Position numbers and translations under genes: made by a program. The notes below the pieces were generated by a model. It worked only from the letters and a program-made list of their open reading frames with translations. It had not been told where the DNA came from and made no database searches. DNA of 64,000 nt from Candidatus Latescibacterota bacterium. GTDB lineage: Bacteria > Latescibacterota > UBA2968 > UBA8231. Numbering within the stretch: position 1 is the stretch's first letter; each line of letters starts with the position of its first letter. Shown one piece after another: positions 37,703 to 47,639 of the stretch. The stretch spans positions 2,496,001-2,560,000 of the forward strand of contig CBDFJF010000001.1 of the NCBI GenBank assembly GCA_965248265.1. The letters run 5' to 3'.

Positions 37703-39133
37703 TTACGGAATTCTCAGCGGCCTGAAGAACGTTTGCGACCGGCGTCTGAGCTCGAATAGAACAGCCTTGCCCGACTCGATTCCATCGACCGCGCCCTCGA
37801 AATCGTCCCTGGACGTTATCTCACGGTAGTTGATCCTGACGATGAGGTCACCGCGAGACAGCCCGGTGCGAGCTGCCTGGCTGCCTGGTTGTACCCTGGA
37901 AATGAGCACTCCCGTCTGCCCTTCGTATCCGAGTTTCTCGGCGATCTCTGGCGTCAAATCTTGTAATCGCAAACCCAATGTTCCGGTAGCCTCTGACTCT
38001 GTTTCCTCGGAGGGCGGAGAAATGGCAACCGATTCGGTAAGTTCGCCCAACTCAGCCTCGATTTCCCTTTCCTCCCCTCGTCGCAGGACCAGCAGTCTTA
38101 CCTTCGTACCTGGGGCGGTTGCGCCGATCAGACTTCTGAATTGGGTCGCCGTGCGCATTCGAGTGCCATCCAATTCCAGTACGACATCACTCGCTTCAAG
38201 ACCCGCCTCCTCCGCGGCGGCGCCTGGTTTCACCTCCTCCACGAAGACACCTTGTGTGTTCTCCAGGCCCAGGGCTTCGGCCAAATCCGGATCGAGTGGA
38301 CGAATGCCAGCACCCAGATAGCCCCTGCGCACCTCGCCATGAGCGACTATCTGCCCAAGCACATCGAGGGCTAGATCAACCGGAATCGCGAAGCCGATGC
38401 CCTTGCTGCCCGGATCGCGTGGATTGGTGATAATTGAGGTGTTGATGCCGACAAGCTCACCCTTGAGGTTGATCAACGCCCCACCGCTGTTGCCCGGGTT
38501 GATAGCGGCATCCGTTTGGATGAAGGAGCCATAATCTGCTATCTCGAGTTCTCTGCGACGACGATCGCGGTCCCTGCCCAGGGCGCTGATGATACCCTGG
38601 CTGACACTGTGCTCGAGCCCGAAGGGATTACCGATGGCCAGGACCCACTCTCCCTCCCGCAGGGTTGCTGATTGGCCCCACGGGACGGCCGGTAGATCGT
38701 CCTGGTCGATTTCCAGGACCGCCAGGTCGCTTAGCGTGTCGGTACCGACAATCTCCGCGTTGAAATGGCGTGCATCCGCGAGATCGACTCTGATGCTGAC
38801 CGCATCCTTGACAACGTGATTGTTCGTCAAGATAAAGTGCTCACCCTCGTGCTCGACGATGACCCCGGATCCGGAACCGGGCTGGAGTTCTTGACTCTGG
38901 GGTTGGTTGAACCGGGGACCTCCCCAGGGAGCACCGGTAAACGGATTATTTCTGCGTACCACCACTCGCTCCGTCTTGATGGCGACGACACCCGGTTTGG
39001 TCTGAGCAACGAGGTCGGCGAAGCCATCACTCAGATCTTGAATCAAGGCCAAGCTCGACTTGCCGTACACCAGACCCGGCTGTCCGATCACCGCGCTGCA
39101 CAGCAAGACAAGGACTGCGATGTTCGTCTTCAT
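37703..39133 (-). CDS. degP: DegP/DegQ (Do family) serine endoprotease with two PDZ domains
   Basis: 'GSGSGVI', 'TNNHV', 'DLAVL' and 'QTDAAINPGNSGG' motifs. Confidence 0.92.
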   Translation of the reverse strand: MKTNIAVLVLLCSAVIGQPGLVYGKSSLALIQDLSDGFADLVAQTKPGVVAIKTERVVVRRNNPFTGAPWGGPRFNQPQSQELQPGSGSGVIVEHEGEHFILTNNHVVKDAVSIRVDLADARHFNAEIVGTDTLSDLAVLEIDQDDLPAVPWGQSATLREGEWVLAIGNPFGLEHSVSQGIISALGRDRDRRRRELEIADYGSFIQTDAAINPGNSGGALINLKGELVGINTSIITNPRDPGSKGIGFAIPVDLALDVLGQIVAHGEVRRGYLGAGIRPLDPDLAEALGLENTQGVFVEEVKPGAAAEEAGLEASDVVLELDGTRMRTATQFRSLIGATAPGTKVRLLVLRRGEEREIEAELGELTESVAISPPSEETESEATGTLGLRLQDLTPEIAEKLGYEGQTGVLISRVQPGSQAARTGLSRGDLIVRINYREITSRDDFEGAVDGIESGKAVLFELRRRSQTFFRPLRIP

Positions 39134-39252
39134 GTTCCTCCACCTGAAATGTTGTAGTCCGTCATGACCGCGGTGGGCATCATGCCACTGGACTGGTGCC
39201 CTCCAGCACTCGGTGCGGCCACGCTTGGTTCCGCTTTTGGATCACCAAAACA

Positions 39253-39278
39253 AGACGAAGAGCCTCGCCTTGAGTTCC
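39253..39278 (-). promoter_or_regulatory. ECF sigma (sigmaE-type) promoter upstream of degP
   Basis: Minus strand GGAACT-N16-GTCT. Confidence 0.6.
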
Positions 39279-39287
39279 CGCTAACTG

Positions 39288-41474
39288 TTACGCCGCCCGA
39301 TCCGCAGTCTGCTCGCCCCCCCGGGCGAAATCCTGACGTACGACCAGCTCACCGCCCTCAACGTCGATGGTGACGTGCGTGCCGTCTGCAATATCGCCGG
39401 CCACCAGAGCGCGACCGATGCGGGTTTCCAGCTCATGTTGCAGGAACCGCTTCAAGGGCCGGGCGCCGTACACGGGATCATAGCCGTTGCGGGCGATGAA
39501 GTCGCGGGCCTGTGGCGTGCTTCTCAGATCGATATTGCGGTCAGCCAGGCGACCACGCAACTCACCCAGCATGAGCTCGACGATCTTGCCGATATCACCT
39601 ATGGTCAGCGGCTTGAAGACCACGATATCATCGATCCGATTGAGGAACTCCGGTCGAAACCGGTGCCTCAGTTGTGCCATCATTTCGTCCTCGACATCCG
39701 GCCTGATCTCGCCGTCACCGGCTGCGGCCCCTTCAACCAGGTACTCGGAGCCGATGTTCGAGGTCATGATGACGACCGTGTTCTTGAAGTCGACGGTGCG
39801 CCCCTGCGAATCGGTCAGTCTGCCGTCGTCAAGCAGTTGCAGCAGGACATTGAAGACATCCGGATGCGCCTTTTCGATTTCATCGAAGAGGATGACGGAA
39901 TACGGCGCGCGGCGTATGGCTTCCGTGAGTTGACCGCCCTCTTCGTGGCCGACGTAACCGGGAGGCGCGCCGATGAGTCTGGAGACCGCATGCTTTTCCA
40001 TGTACTCGCTCATGTCGACGCGAACCACCTGGTCCTCCGAGTCGAACAAGGTAGCAGCCAGCGATTTCGCCAGCTCCGTCTTGCCGACCCCCGTCGGCCC
40101 CAGGAAGATGAAGCTGCCACTGGGCCGCTTCGGATCGCTTATGCCGGCACGTGCACGAATGACGGCATCCGTCACTCGCCGTACCGCCTCATCCTGACCA
40201 ATGACACGCTGGTGCAGCAGCTGGTCCAATCTTAGTAACTTCTCGCGCTCGCCTTCTACAAGACGGGTTACGGGCACCCCGGTCCAGCGCGAGACGATGT
40301 CGGCGATCTCCTCTTCTCCGACATCCTCATGGAGTAGTCTCGTCCGCGAATCGTCTCTATAGCGGTCGCCCAGATCGCGATATCGTTGCTCCGCTTCTGG
40401 CAGCTTGCCGTACTTGAGCTCGGCTGCTCGATTGAGGTCGGCACGTCGTTCGGCCTCTTCAATCTGCCTGCGGATGTCTTCTATCTGCTTTTGCAGATCC
40501 CGTGAAGCGGCAATCTCAGCCCTTTCTTCCTCCCACTGCTGCCGCATCGCCTCCGCCTGCGATTTGAGCTGTGTGAGTTCGTCGCGAAGTGCTCCAAGAC
40601 GGGTCTTGCTGCCCTCGTCCTTCTCCTTCTTGAGGGCGGCCTCCTCTATCTCCAGCTGCATCACACGCCGCGTGACTTCATCCAGTTGAGCTGGCATGGA
40701 ATCGATTTCAGTCCGAATGGTCGCGCACGCTTCGTCGACCAGGTCGATGGCCTTGTCCGGCAAAAAGCGATCCGACACGTAGCGGTTGGACATGACCGCT
40801 GCCGCCACCAGGGCGCTGTCCTGGATCTGGACCCCGTGATGGAGCTGGTAACGCTCACGCAGTCCACGCAGAATCGATATCGTGTCCTCGACGGTTGGGG
40901 GCTCCACCGTTACCGGTTGAAAGCGTCTTTCGAGCGCGGCGTCCTTTTCGATATACGTACGGTACTCGTCCAATGTCGTGGCCCCTACACAATGCAGCTC
41001 CCCTCGCGCCAGCATCGGCTTGAGCAGGTTGCCCGCATCAGTCGATCCTTCCGTGCGCCCGGCGCCGACTATGTTGTGAAGCTCGTCAATGAAGAGGATG
41101 ATCCGCCCCTCGCTTTCGACGATCTCGTTGAGGACGGAGTTCAGGCGTTCCTCGAACTCGCCACGGTACTTGGCCCCTGAAATGAGCGCACCCATGTCGA
41201 GGGAGAACACGCTGCGGTCCTTCATCCATTCCGGCACATCCCCCCTCACGATGCGCTGGGCAAGCCCTTCGACGATCGCCGTCTTGCCCACCCCTGGCTC
41301 GCCAATCAATACCGGGTTGTTTTTCGTCTTGCGCGACAGAATGCGAATCACCCTGCGAATCTCGGCATCCCGCCCGATCACCGGATCCAGGGCGCCGTCT
41401 TTAGCCCGTGCCACCAGATCGGTACCGTACCTTTCCAGTCCCCCTTCGGTTGACGCATTGTCCTGTGTGTTCAT
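39288..41474 (-). CDS. clpB: ClpB disaggregase lacking the N-terminal Clp-repeat domain
   Basis: Two AAA modules ('GEPGVGKT', 'GPTGVGKT'), M-domain 'AAELKYG' and 'GARPLKR'. Only 728 aa. Confidence 0.92.
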   Translation of the reverse strand: MNTQDNASTEGGLERYGTDLVARAKDGALDPVIGRDAEIRRVIRILSRKTKNNPVLIGEPGVGKTAIVEGLAQRIVRGDVPEWMKDRSVFSLDMGALISGAKYRGEFEERLNSVLNEIVESEGRIILFIDELHNIVGAGRTEGSTDAGNLLKPMLARGELHCVGATTLDEYRTYIEKDAALERRFQPVTVEPPTVEDTISILRGLRERYQLHHGVQIQDSALVAAAVMSNRYVSDRFLPDKAIDLVDEACATIRTEIDSMPAQLDEVTRRVMQLEIEEAALKKEKDEGSKTRLGALRDELTQLKSQAEAMRQQWEEERAEIAASRDLQKQIEDIRRQIEEAERRADLNRAAELKYGKLPEAEQRYRDLGDRYRDDSRTRLLHEDVGEEEIADIVSRWTGVPVTRLVEGEREKLLRLDQLLHQRVIGQDEAVRRVTDAVIRARAGISDPKRPSGSFIFLGPTGVGKTELAKSLAATLFDSEDQVVRVDMSEYMEKHAVSRLIGAPPGYVGHEEGGQLTEAIRRAPYSVILFDEIEKAHPDVFNVLLQLLDDGRLTDSQGRTVDFKNTVVIMTSNIGSEYLVEGAAAGDGEIRPDVEDEMMAQLRHRFRPEFLNRIDDIVVFKPLTIGDIGKIVELMLGELRGRLADRNIDLRSTPQARDFIARNGYDPVYGARPLKRFLQHELETRIGRALVAGDIADGTHVTIDVEGGELVVRQDFARGGEQTADRAA

Positions 41475-41557
41475 TTGAGTATCAGATCCATTGTGATTTG
41501 ACTTATGGCCAAAGGAACGGCCGCTGGAGATTTATAATGACTATCAGTTCGCAAATT

Positions 41558-41573
41558 CGCAAAAGCCGTGCCT
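41558..41573 (-). promoter_or_regulatory. sigma54 promoter of clpB
   Basis: Minus strand AGGCACGGCTTTTGCG, a near-consensus -24/-12 site 84 bp upstream of the ATG. Confidence 0.78.
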
Positions 41574-41682
41574 GTGACCCACTTTGGTCAGTAAGTATGG
41601 GTAAAATAATCAGTTATGGATTTTATCCGAGAGCGTGAACGACGTCGGACAGCTTTACTCACAGGTGATTGCCTGATAGAAA

Positions 41683-41697
41683 GTGCCAAAATGGCAC
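41683..41697. promoter_or_regulatory. palindromic candidate upstream activator site for the clpB sigma54 promoter
   Basis: GTGCCA-AAA-TGGCAC, about 110 bp upstream of the -24 box. Confidence 0.5.
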
Positions 41698-41710
41698 ACC
41701 GTGATCGTAC

Positions 41711-41744
41711 AAAAAAAAGCCCCTCCGAATGAGGGGCCTTTTTT
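41711..41744. terminator. bidirectional intrinsic terminator
   Basis: A8-GCCCCTC-CGAAT-GAGGGGC-C-T6. Confidence 0.85.
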
Positions 41745-41903
41745 CATCTTCAGCGGTAGGCGATGCCGCTGAAAAACATCCTTGTTTGTGAAGCTGACGC
41801 GCCAGCATCAGCACCTGTCAGTACTTGGAATTTGCCCGTCCGCCGGGGTGCCCGCCTGTATTTCGCGGTTGAGACCTCGTGAAAGAAAGAGATTTCTCTT
41901 TCT
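41711..41903 (-). ncRNA. candidate structured sRNA or long 3' UTR
   Basis: Five hairpins in series ending in a terminator; two have GGA in the loop on the minus strand. Confidence 0.4.
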
Positions 41904-41987
41904 CGGCTTCAAACGCTAGCAAGGGGCAATCTTGGGGCGTTACATACTCGGGACCACCCCGGGGACGGAACAAAAACAGTCATTCTG

Positions 41988-42569
41988 CTACGTCACCAGG
42001 AGATTGTCTTCCGGTTGTTCATCAGGTGATGCGAGCTCTTCAAGCCCTGAATGCTGCTCTTCCGCGAACTCATCGATTCCGCTCATCACCAGGTTGAAGG
42101 TAGCGTCGATGTTACTGGCGGTGTCGGGAGAGATGTCTCCGATCCCTTCAAGAATGTCGCGGGCCTCGGCAAATCCCTGTTCGACAGCCCCCTTGATCAT
42201 CTCCGTGAACCCGTCGATCTGGTCTGCGGGCCCGTCCTCCTGATGATTGGCCTTGAATGAGCCGAAAAAGCCGACGGCGAAACTCACAATCCGGTTGGCA
42301 GTCGCCTCCGGAGAAAAGTCCAGCCCTCTGCCGAGTAGCGATTCGACAGTGCTGTCCATTCCAGCTTCTTGAAACGCGGCGTTGAATCTGTCTGCAAGTG
42401 AATCGTTCAGCACCCGCTGGGCGTAGACGGTGTCGACTTGCTTGCTGATCGACAACAGCACCGAGGTGGTGGTGTCACCCTCGGGTGAGGTAAGCCTCGC
42501 GGCCTTCAACTGTGTCGTCGTAGTTACTGCTGCTAACAGGCTCTGACTCTGAGCAGACCCTACTTCCAT
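41988..42569 (-). CDS. DUF5610-like protein
   Basis: 'DFSPEATANRIVSFA' and 'GAVEQGFAEARDIL' motifs; AAGGAGG RBS. Confidence 0.7.
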   Translation of the reverse strand: MEVGSAQSQSLLAAVTTTTQLKAARLTSPEGDTTTSVLLSISKQVDTVYAQRVLNDSLADRFNAAFQEAGMDSTVESLLGRGLDFSPEATANRIVSFAVGFFGSFKANHQEDGPADQIDGFTEMIKGAVEQGFAEARDILEGIGDISPDTASNIDATFNLVMSGIDEFAEEQHSGLEELASPDEQPEDNLLVT

Positions 42570-42611
42570 GAGAATCCTCCTTGGGGATTAGTTGGTACTC
42601 GCCTAATCATT

Positions 42612-42638
42612 TTATCGGTAGGGGTCTGAAATTCCTGC
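42612..42638 (-). promoter_or_regulatory. putative sigma28 (FliA) promoter
   Basis: Minus strand GCAGG-N14-ACCGATAA; the -10 is good and the -35 is weak. Confidence 0.5.
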
Positions 42639-42651
42639 AGCGGTTTTTTAC

Positions 42652-42688
42652 AAAAAAGAGCGGGCCGGGGCATTTGCCCCGACCCGCT
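42652..42688 (-). terminator. intrinsic terminator
   Basis: AGCGGGCCGGGGCA/TGCCCCGACCCGCT stem with A6 on the + strand, downstream of the stop at 42713. Confidence 0.8.
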
Positions 42689-42712
42689 AAACTGCCGGTT
42701 GTGCGTGTTCTG

Positions 42713-44098
42713 CTATACCAGATTGAACCTGAAGAACATGACCGAAACAGCTGAGCCCTTGGCGATCCCGGGAAAAAACCCTCCCCGGGTCACGAGCGCC
42801 GTTTCAAGCAACTCAAGCTGCATGTGGTAGACGCTGAAGGGACCGAACGCGAAGCCTATTGAGGAGCCGCTACTGCGACCTCCAGCTGATATCCCTGCTC
42901 TGGCAGGAAACCAGGGTACCAGGCGATACTCGGCACCAGCCGAGAGGCGGGGCGTGGTGGTGATACCGAAACCCTCGCTGAAAGCCTGGTCGTAGTTGCC
43001 GACCAGGGTCAACCGGGGCATCAGGCGATGGGCAGCGCCCAGCCGGATCATCGCCGGCACCGAACGGTCGAAGCTGTCTTCGCTGACTTTCTGGTAGAAA
43101 TCAGTGTCCCCATCGCCATCGACATCCGGGTTGTCGAGGATGTCCTCGACCCCGACGACATCCTCATCCAAGGCACGGGTCGCTCGCAGATTACTGGCAG
43201 AGGCGAAAACCGAGTCCCGCCTCGAATCGATGCTCCAGGACATGACGTCGAGGAGGTTGAGGACCCCCAGGCTGACCGTCGTCTTGCCGTCCTTGGTCAC
43301 GCCGGCCGCGCCGAAATCGAGTCCGAAGCCGACGCCTCCTGCGTTCTGTGACACAACGAATACGTCGAGGTCGGCGCCTTGCAACTCGGACGAAAATCCG
43401 GTGCCACCGGATTGCACAACTTCACCGTAAGCACCACCCGTGATCTTCAGCGTGCCACCGAGAGAGAATTCACGCAGGTAGGGCTTGAATTGCGCTGGCA
43501 ACCACGGCTTGGCGGCGGCGAAATTGAAGCCGACCAGCCCCCACCCGGAACCGTCCCAGTCGGAGATGTCGTAGGTCTGGCCGAACTCGTTGCCCTTCAG
43601 GAACAGGGTGAACATGTCCTTTGGGACCTCTCCCTCCAAACCAACTTCGAGGCTGGTCGTGACGGCTGATTTCAGACCCCACGGAAGAGGGAATGCGACC
43701 CCCCCATTGATGGGCACACCGAGTGCACCCATTACTCCTATGTCCGTGTTGAACTTCAACCCCTCGGCATCGATATCGCCCAGTAGCTTGTCCTTCTCAG
43801 CATCCCCGATGACGTGGGTGTCACTGGTGAAGTTATCGTTGTAGTCCTGCACCGAGAAGCTGTTGTTCTCGGCGACCAGGGCGAATCCAAACCCGAGCAG
43901 ATTCCACGTGAAGCCCGGGCTGCTTTTCAGGCCAAGGTTGGCCGGGTTCCAGGCGACTGCCTCCGGTCCACGGGCCAGTGCGGTATACGATTGTCCCAGT
44001 GCCATCGCTCTGGGACTGAGGTCGTTCAGGCCGTATGCGTTCCCGGCGAAGATCGCTATTAATGCCAGTGAAATGGCGATTCGTTTAAAAGTGCCCAT
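42713..44098 (-). CDS. DUF5723-like outer-membrane beta-barrel protein
   Basis: Signal peptide, 'PRAMALG...WNPANLG', 'GFGLDFG' and 'GAEYR' motifs. Confidence 0.65.
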   Translation of the reverse strand: MGTFKRIAISLALIAIFAGNAYGLNDLSPRAMALGQSYTALARGPEAVAWNPANLGLKSSPGFTWNLLGFGFALVAENNSFSVQDYNDNFTSDTHVIGDAEKDKLLGDIDAEGLKFNTDIGVMGALGVPINGGVAFPLPWGLKSAVTTSLEVGLEGEVPKDMFTLFLKGNEFGQTYDISDWDGSGWGLVGFNFAAAKPWLPAQFKPYLREFSLGGTLKITGGAYGEVVQSGGTGFSSELQGADLDVFVVSQNAGGVGFGLDFGAAGVTKDGKTTVSLGVLNLLDVMSWSIDSRRDSVFASASNLRATRALDEDVVGVEDILDNPDVDGDGDTDFYQKVSEDSFDRSVPAMIRLGAAHRLMPRLTLVGNYDQAFSEGFGITTTPRLSAGAEYRLVPWFPARAGISAGGRSSGSSIGFAFGPFSVYHMQLELLETALVTRGGFFPGIAKGSAVSVMFFRFNLV

Positions 44099-44157
44099 TC
44101 GATTGCTGCCCTCCATCGCGACGCGAGCCATCCCCTCGCCGCGCAGTTTAGATCCTC

Positions 44158-46332
44158 TTATTTCACCAGAGACTCGTTGATTTCTATCTCGATCCCCGCG
44201 CCGGCAACGACCGTTATGAAGTCGTCACCCCTCAACTCAACGGGACCTCCCGTGCCTTCCAACTGGACCAAGACACCAGTGTACACCCCGCCTTCTTCGA
44301 GGAAAAACAACGCCTCGTCTTTCGTCACGCTTACGGTGTCCAGGAAGGCCACCACCTGATCGTCGAGCACGAGTCCGTCAGCGTCCACCGGCGCTGCCTG
44401 CACGGCGAAGGGATCGTCGTTGCGCGGAATAACGAGCACGGAGTCGAGATCAACCGCCCCCCCGCGATCGATGAGGTCGTCGTTGTAGACATCCTCCAGT
44501 CGTCGCGCCGCCCGTAGACTGACGCTCACTCCGAGTGGCAAGTGGTTGTTGATCTCAGTGAGGACTTGACCCCTTATCAGATTATTGCTGATCCGCTCAC
44601 GTGCTTCCTCATCAGCAAGCTCACGGAAGTCGGGATCTGGCTGAATTTGCGTGTCACTTTCGATAATGAACCGGGCGGGCGCCAGAAAGTTGACACTGTC
44701 GATACGAACCCAGTGATCGGGCTCGATGAAATCCTCGTTGACGCCGTCACCGATACGGACTGTGGGAGTGACGGTGATGTCGGTCGGCAGCGAGTTGAGG
44801 AACGGAGTCAGATCGTCGGACGGAACGCTCAACTCGATTCGCTGTTCATCGCCGGGGCTGGCCGCTGAAAACGTCTGTGTGATGCGGAGATCGGGACTGG
44901 GTTCACCGAAGGAATTGACACCCTCGATGAGCAGATCCATGAAGCTGGTGACGCCCACAGCCGATGTCAGGATCACGCTCAAGAAGGTCTCATCCAGACT
45001 GAGGTTGTCGAGACCCTCGGGAAAGGCAACCGATTTCTGCACCGGATCGATCGGCAGGGTCAGGTTGTCCAGAATTCCGGTGACATTACTGAACGCCAGC
45101 CGCTGTGGTTGAGCCTCAATGCCAATCTGGCCGTTCGAGCGGATGGTCACCTCTGTATCTGATGGAAAGGTGCTGGCAGAATAAATGATCTGGATCGAAT
45201 CCCTTTCGGTCGGGTTCGGGCTGAAAACATGACCGTTCAGGTTGAATTCAGCTCTGGTCGGCTCATCCTGCGCGAGGCGGGGGAGCGCGAGCGTTGCAGG
45301 TTCACCGTCCGGCCCCCGCAGATCGGGCAGAGTCAGACTCACCGCCATGATCACGGGAATCTCGTTGGTGACAACCAGGACGAGCGATCCCTCACTGATA
45401 TCGGCGTTGGTAACAAGAATGCGCGTGTCCGGAAACCCCAACTTCTGTGAATCCGAAAATTCCTGCTGGGGAATGATGGCATTTGCTTCGGACACGGTCA
45501 GCGTCAGCAGGTCGGCGTCGATTGACAGCACGGCATCTGGATCGAGCTCGGGATCGGTGGTTTCGGCCGTCGTGCCGACTACGCTGAGAGAGAGCTCACC
45601 GGACACGGTGGTTCCATCGGGGTTGGCGTCTCGGCCTGCTGAGTTGAACTCGAGCGTTTGCGGGTCTGCAGCGGCACCCGGTCCGACATTGGTGAAAACG
45701 ACCTGGTCGATATCTCGGTTATTACCCTCGTCGCGCAGGCTGATCTCCAGCAGCGCCAATCCGACCGGGAGTCCATTGGTGATCCCGATGCTCAGACCAC
45801 CCTCGAGCACCGTCAGGGACGTCACGTTCGGCAGTTCCAACGGAATCGCGGATATTTCGATGTCCTGTGCCGGCAGCTCGAACGACTGGCCGAGATCAGC
45901 GGCGACGGCAGCAGCGTCGAACACCTCCTCCGGCAGTATGTCGCCCAATCGCACGTCGTTAGGCGGCAGATCCTGTCCCTCAATGGTGATATCACCCAAC
46001 TCGGTGAAGAACTCCGCGGGACTGGGCTCCACGGCCAACCGATCCTCACCCACTTCCTGCCGGCTGCTCTCACCGAACTCGGCACTGAAGTTCAGCGCCA
46101 GGCTCTCGTCGTCGCCAATCTGAAGGAAGTCGGAGCGGTCGCTGGCGACCTCCCTGATTGTCGTCGTGTCGTTGGCTACTGATATGAAAAAGGGAATCGT
46201 GATCCTGGGCACCTGCGGCGGGTCCACGGCGCATCCCCCAGCGATTAACCCCGCCATCAATCCCGCGCCGATAACGAACACTCGGCGCTGACGTGTTACC
46301 CTCCTGCCGGACAACCGATTGCATACCGGCAT
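44158..46332 (-). CDS. large acidic beta-rich lipoprotein, hypothetical
   Basis: Lipobox 'IAGGC'; recurring 'TNGLPV/TNEIPV/NNHLPL' modules; AGAGGAG RBS. Confidence 0.65.
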   Translation of the reverse strand: MPVCNRLSGRRVTRQRRVFVIGAGLMAGLIAGGCAVDPPQVPRITIPFFISVANDTTTIREVASDRSDFLQIGDDESLALNFSAEFGESSRQEVGEDRLAVEPSPAEFFTELGDITIEGQDLPPNDVRLGDILPEEVFDAAAVAADLGQSFELPAQDIEISAIPLELPNVTSLTVLEGGLSIGITNGLPVGLALLEISLRDEGNNRDIDQVVFTNVGPGAAADPQTLEFNSAGRDANPDGTTVSGELSLSVVGTTAETTDPELDPDAVLSIDADLLTLTVSEANAIIPQQEFSDSQKLGFPDTRILVTNADISEGSLVLVVTNEIPVIMAVSLTLPDLRGPDGEPATLALPRLAQDEPTRAEFNLNGHVFSPNPTERDSIQIIYSASTFPSDTEVTIRSNGQIGIEAQPQRLAFSNVTGILDNLTLPIDPVQKSVAFPEGLDNLSLDETFLSVILTSAVGVTSFMDLLIEGVNSFGEPSPDLRITQTFSAASPGDEQRIELSVPSDDLTPFLNSLPTDITVTPTVRIGDGVNEDFIEPDHWVRIDSVNFLAPARFIIESDTQIQPDPDFRELADEEARERISNNLIRGQVLTEINNHLPLGVSVSLRAARRLEDVYNDDLIDRGGAVDLDSVLVIPRNDDPFAVQAAPVDADGLVLDDQVVAFLDTVSVTKDEALFFLEEGGVYTGVLVQLEGTGGPVELRGDDFITVVAGAGIEIEINESLVK

Positions 46333-46448
46333 TGCCTTGTCTCCTCTTGACTTACCTGATGTTGGTATGGTGTTGCCAATTTGACGTTGCTGTAATCAAT
46401 TTTTCGAGCGCGGCCAGTAATATACCACAAACGACCTGAGCTACAACA

Positions 46449-47621
46449 TCACTTTTTCTTGACGCCCGCCGCCCGTCTCAAGGCATTCGCCTTGTCCGTC
46501 TTCTCCCAGGTAAAATCGGCGCCGCTGCGGCCGAAATGGCCGTAGGCGGCGGTCTGCAGGTAGATCGGCCGCCTGAGTTTCAACTGTTGAATGATCGCCT
46601 TGGGTGTCAACGTAAACACCTGCTGGACGACCGCCCCTATGTCGGCGTCGTCGATGACTCCGGTGCCGTAGGTCTCCACCAGCACGGACACGGGCTCAGC
46701 CACGCCGATGGCGTAGGCCAGCTGCAACTGACAACGCTCGGCCAGTTTCGCCGCCACCACGTTCTTGGCGACATAGCGTGCCATGTAGTGCGCGCTGCGA
46801 TCGACCTTGCTGGGGTCCTTTCCAGAGAAGGCGCCGCCACCATGGGGGCAACTGCCGCCGTAGGTGTCGACGATGATCTTGCGCCCGGTGAGCCCGCAAT
46901 CGCCGTGCGGTCCACCGATGACGAAGCGACCGGTCGGATTGATATGGAAGATCGTGTTGCGATCCAGCAGCCGCGCCGGGATCACCTTCTTAACGGCCGC
47001 GATCATGTCCCGTCTGATGCGTGCATGGCTGGCGCCGGGATCGTGCTGCGTCGAGACGACGACCGTGTGAACGCGCTTGGGTTTGTTGCCGACGTATTCG
47101 ACGGTGACCTGAGACTTGGAGTCCGGGCGCAGGTACTTCAGGCGGCCGCGCTTGCGCAGCACGCTCAGGTGCTCGAGAATCCGGTGCGACAGCATGATCG
47201 GCAGCGGCATCAGCTGGGGTGTCTCGCGGCAGGCGTAACCGAACATCATCCCCTGATCGCCGGCCCCCATCTCATCGTGTAACCCCTGTTTTTCACTGAC
47301 GCCTTGCGAGATGTCCGGTGATTGCCTGTCCAGAGCCACCAGGATCCCGCAGGACCGCGAGTCGAAGCCGTACTCGGGATCGGTGTAGCCGATATCTTCG
47401 ATCGTCTCCCTGACCAGTTTCTGGATATCGACCTGCGCCTTGGTGGTCACTTCGCCGGCGACGACGACCTGTCCCGTCGTCACCATGGTCTCACAGGCAA
47501 CGCGGGACATGGGATCCTGTGCCAGCATGCTGTCCAGCACGGCGTCCGATATCTGGTCGGCGACCTTGTCGGGATGTCCTTCGGAAACAGATTCTGATGT
47601 AAACAGATACGACTCACTCAC
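46449..47621 (-). CDS. metK: S-adenosylmethionine synthase
   Basis: '[13 protein letters not shown]', 'GAGDQG' and 'GGGAFSGKD' motifs. Confidence 0.98.
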   Translation of the reverse strand: MSESYLFTSESVSEGHPDKVADQISDAVLDSMLAQDPMSRVACETMVTTGQVVVAGEVTTKAQVDIQKLVRETIEDIGYTDPEYGFDSRSCGILVALDRQSPDISQGVSEKQGLHDEMGAGDQGMMFGYACRETPQLMPLPIMLSHRILEHLSVLRKRGRLKYLRPDSKSQVTVEYVGNKPKRVHTVVVSTQHDPGASHARIRRDMIAAVKKVIPARLLDRNTIFHINPTGRFVIGGPHGDCGLTGRKIIVDTYGGSCPHGGGAFSGKDPSKVDRSAHYMARYVAKNVVAAKLAERCQLQLAYAIGVAEPVSVLVETYGTGVIDDADIGAVVQQVFTLTPKAIIQQLKLRRPIYLQTAAYGHFGRSGADFTWEKTDKANALRRAAGVKKK

Positions 47622-47639
47622 GCCTTCATCTCCTGTGTT

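Noticed and set aside
46363-46377. sigma54-like TGGTATGGTGTTGCC
   Set aside because: The GG-GC spacing is 9 rather than 10, and it faces away from the adjacent gene start.
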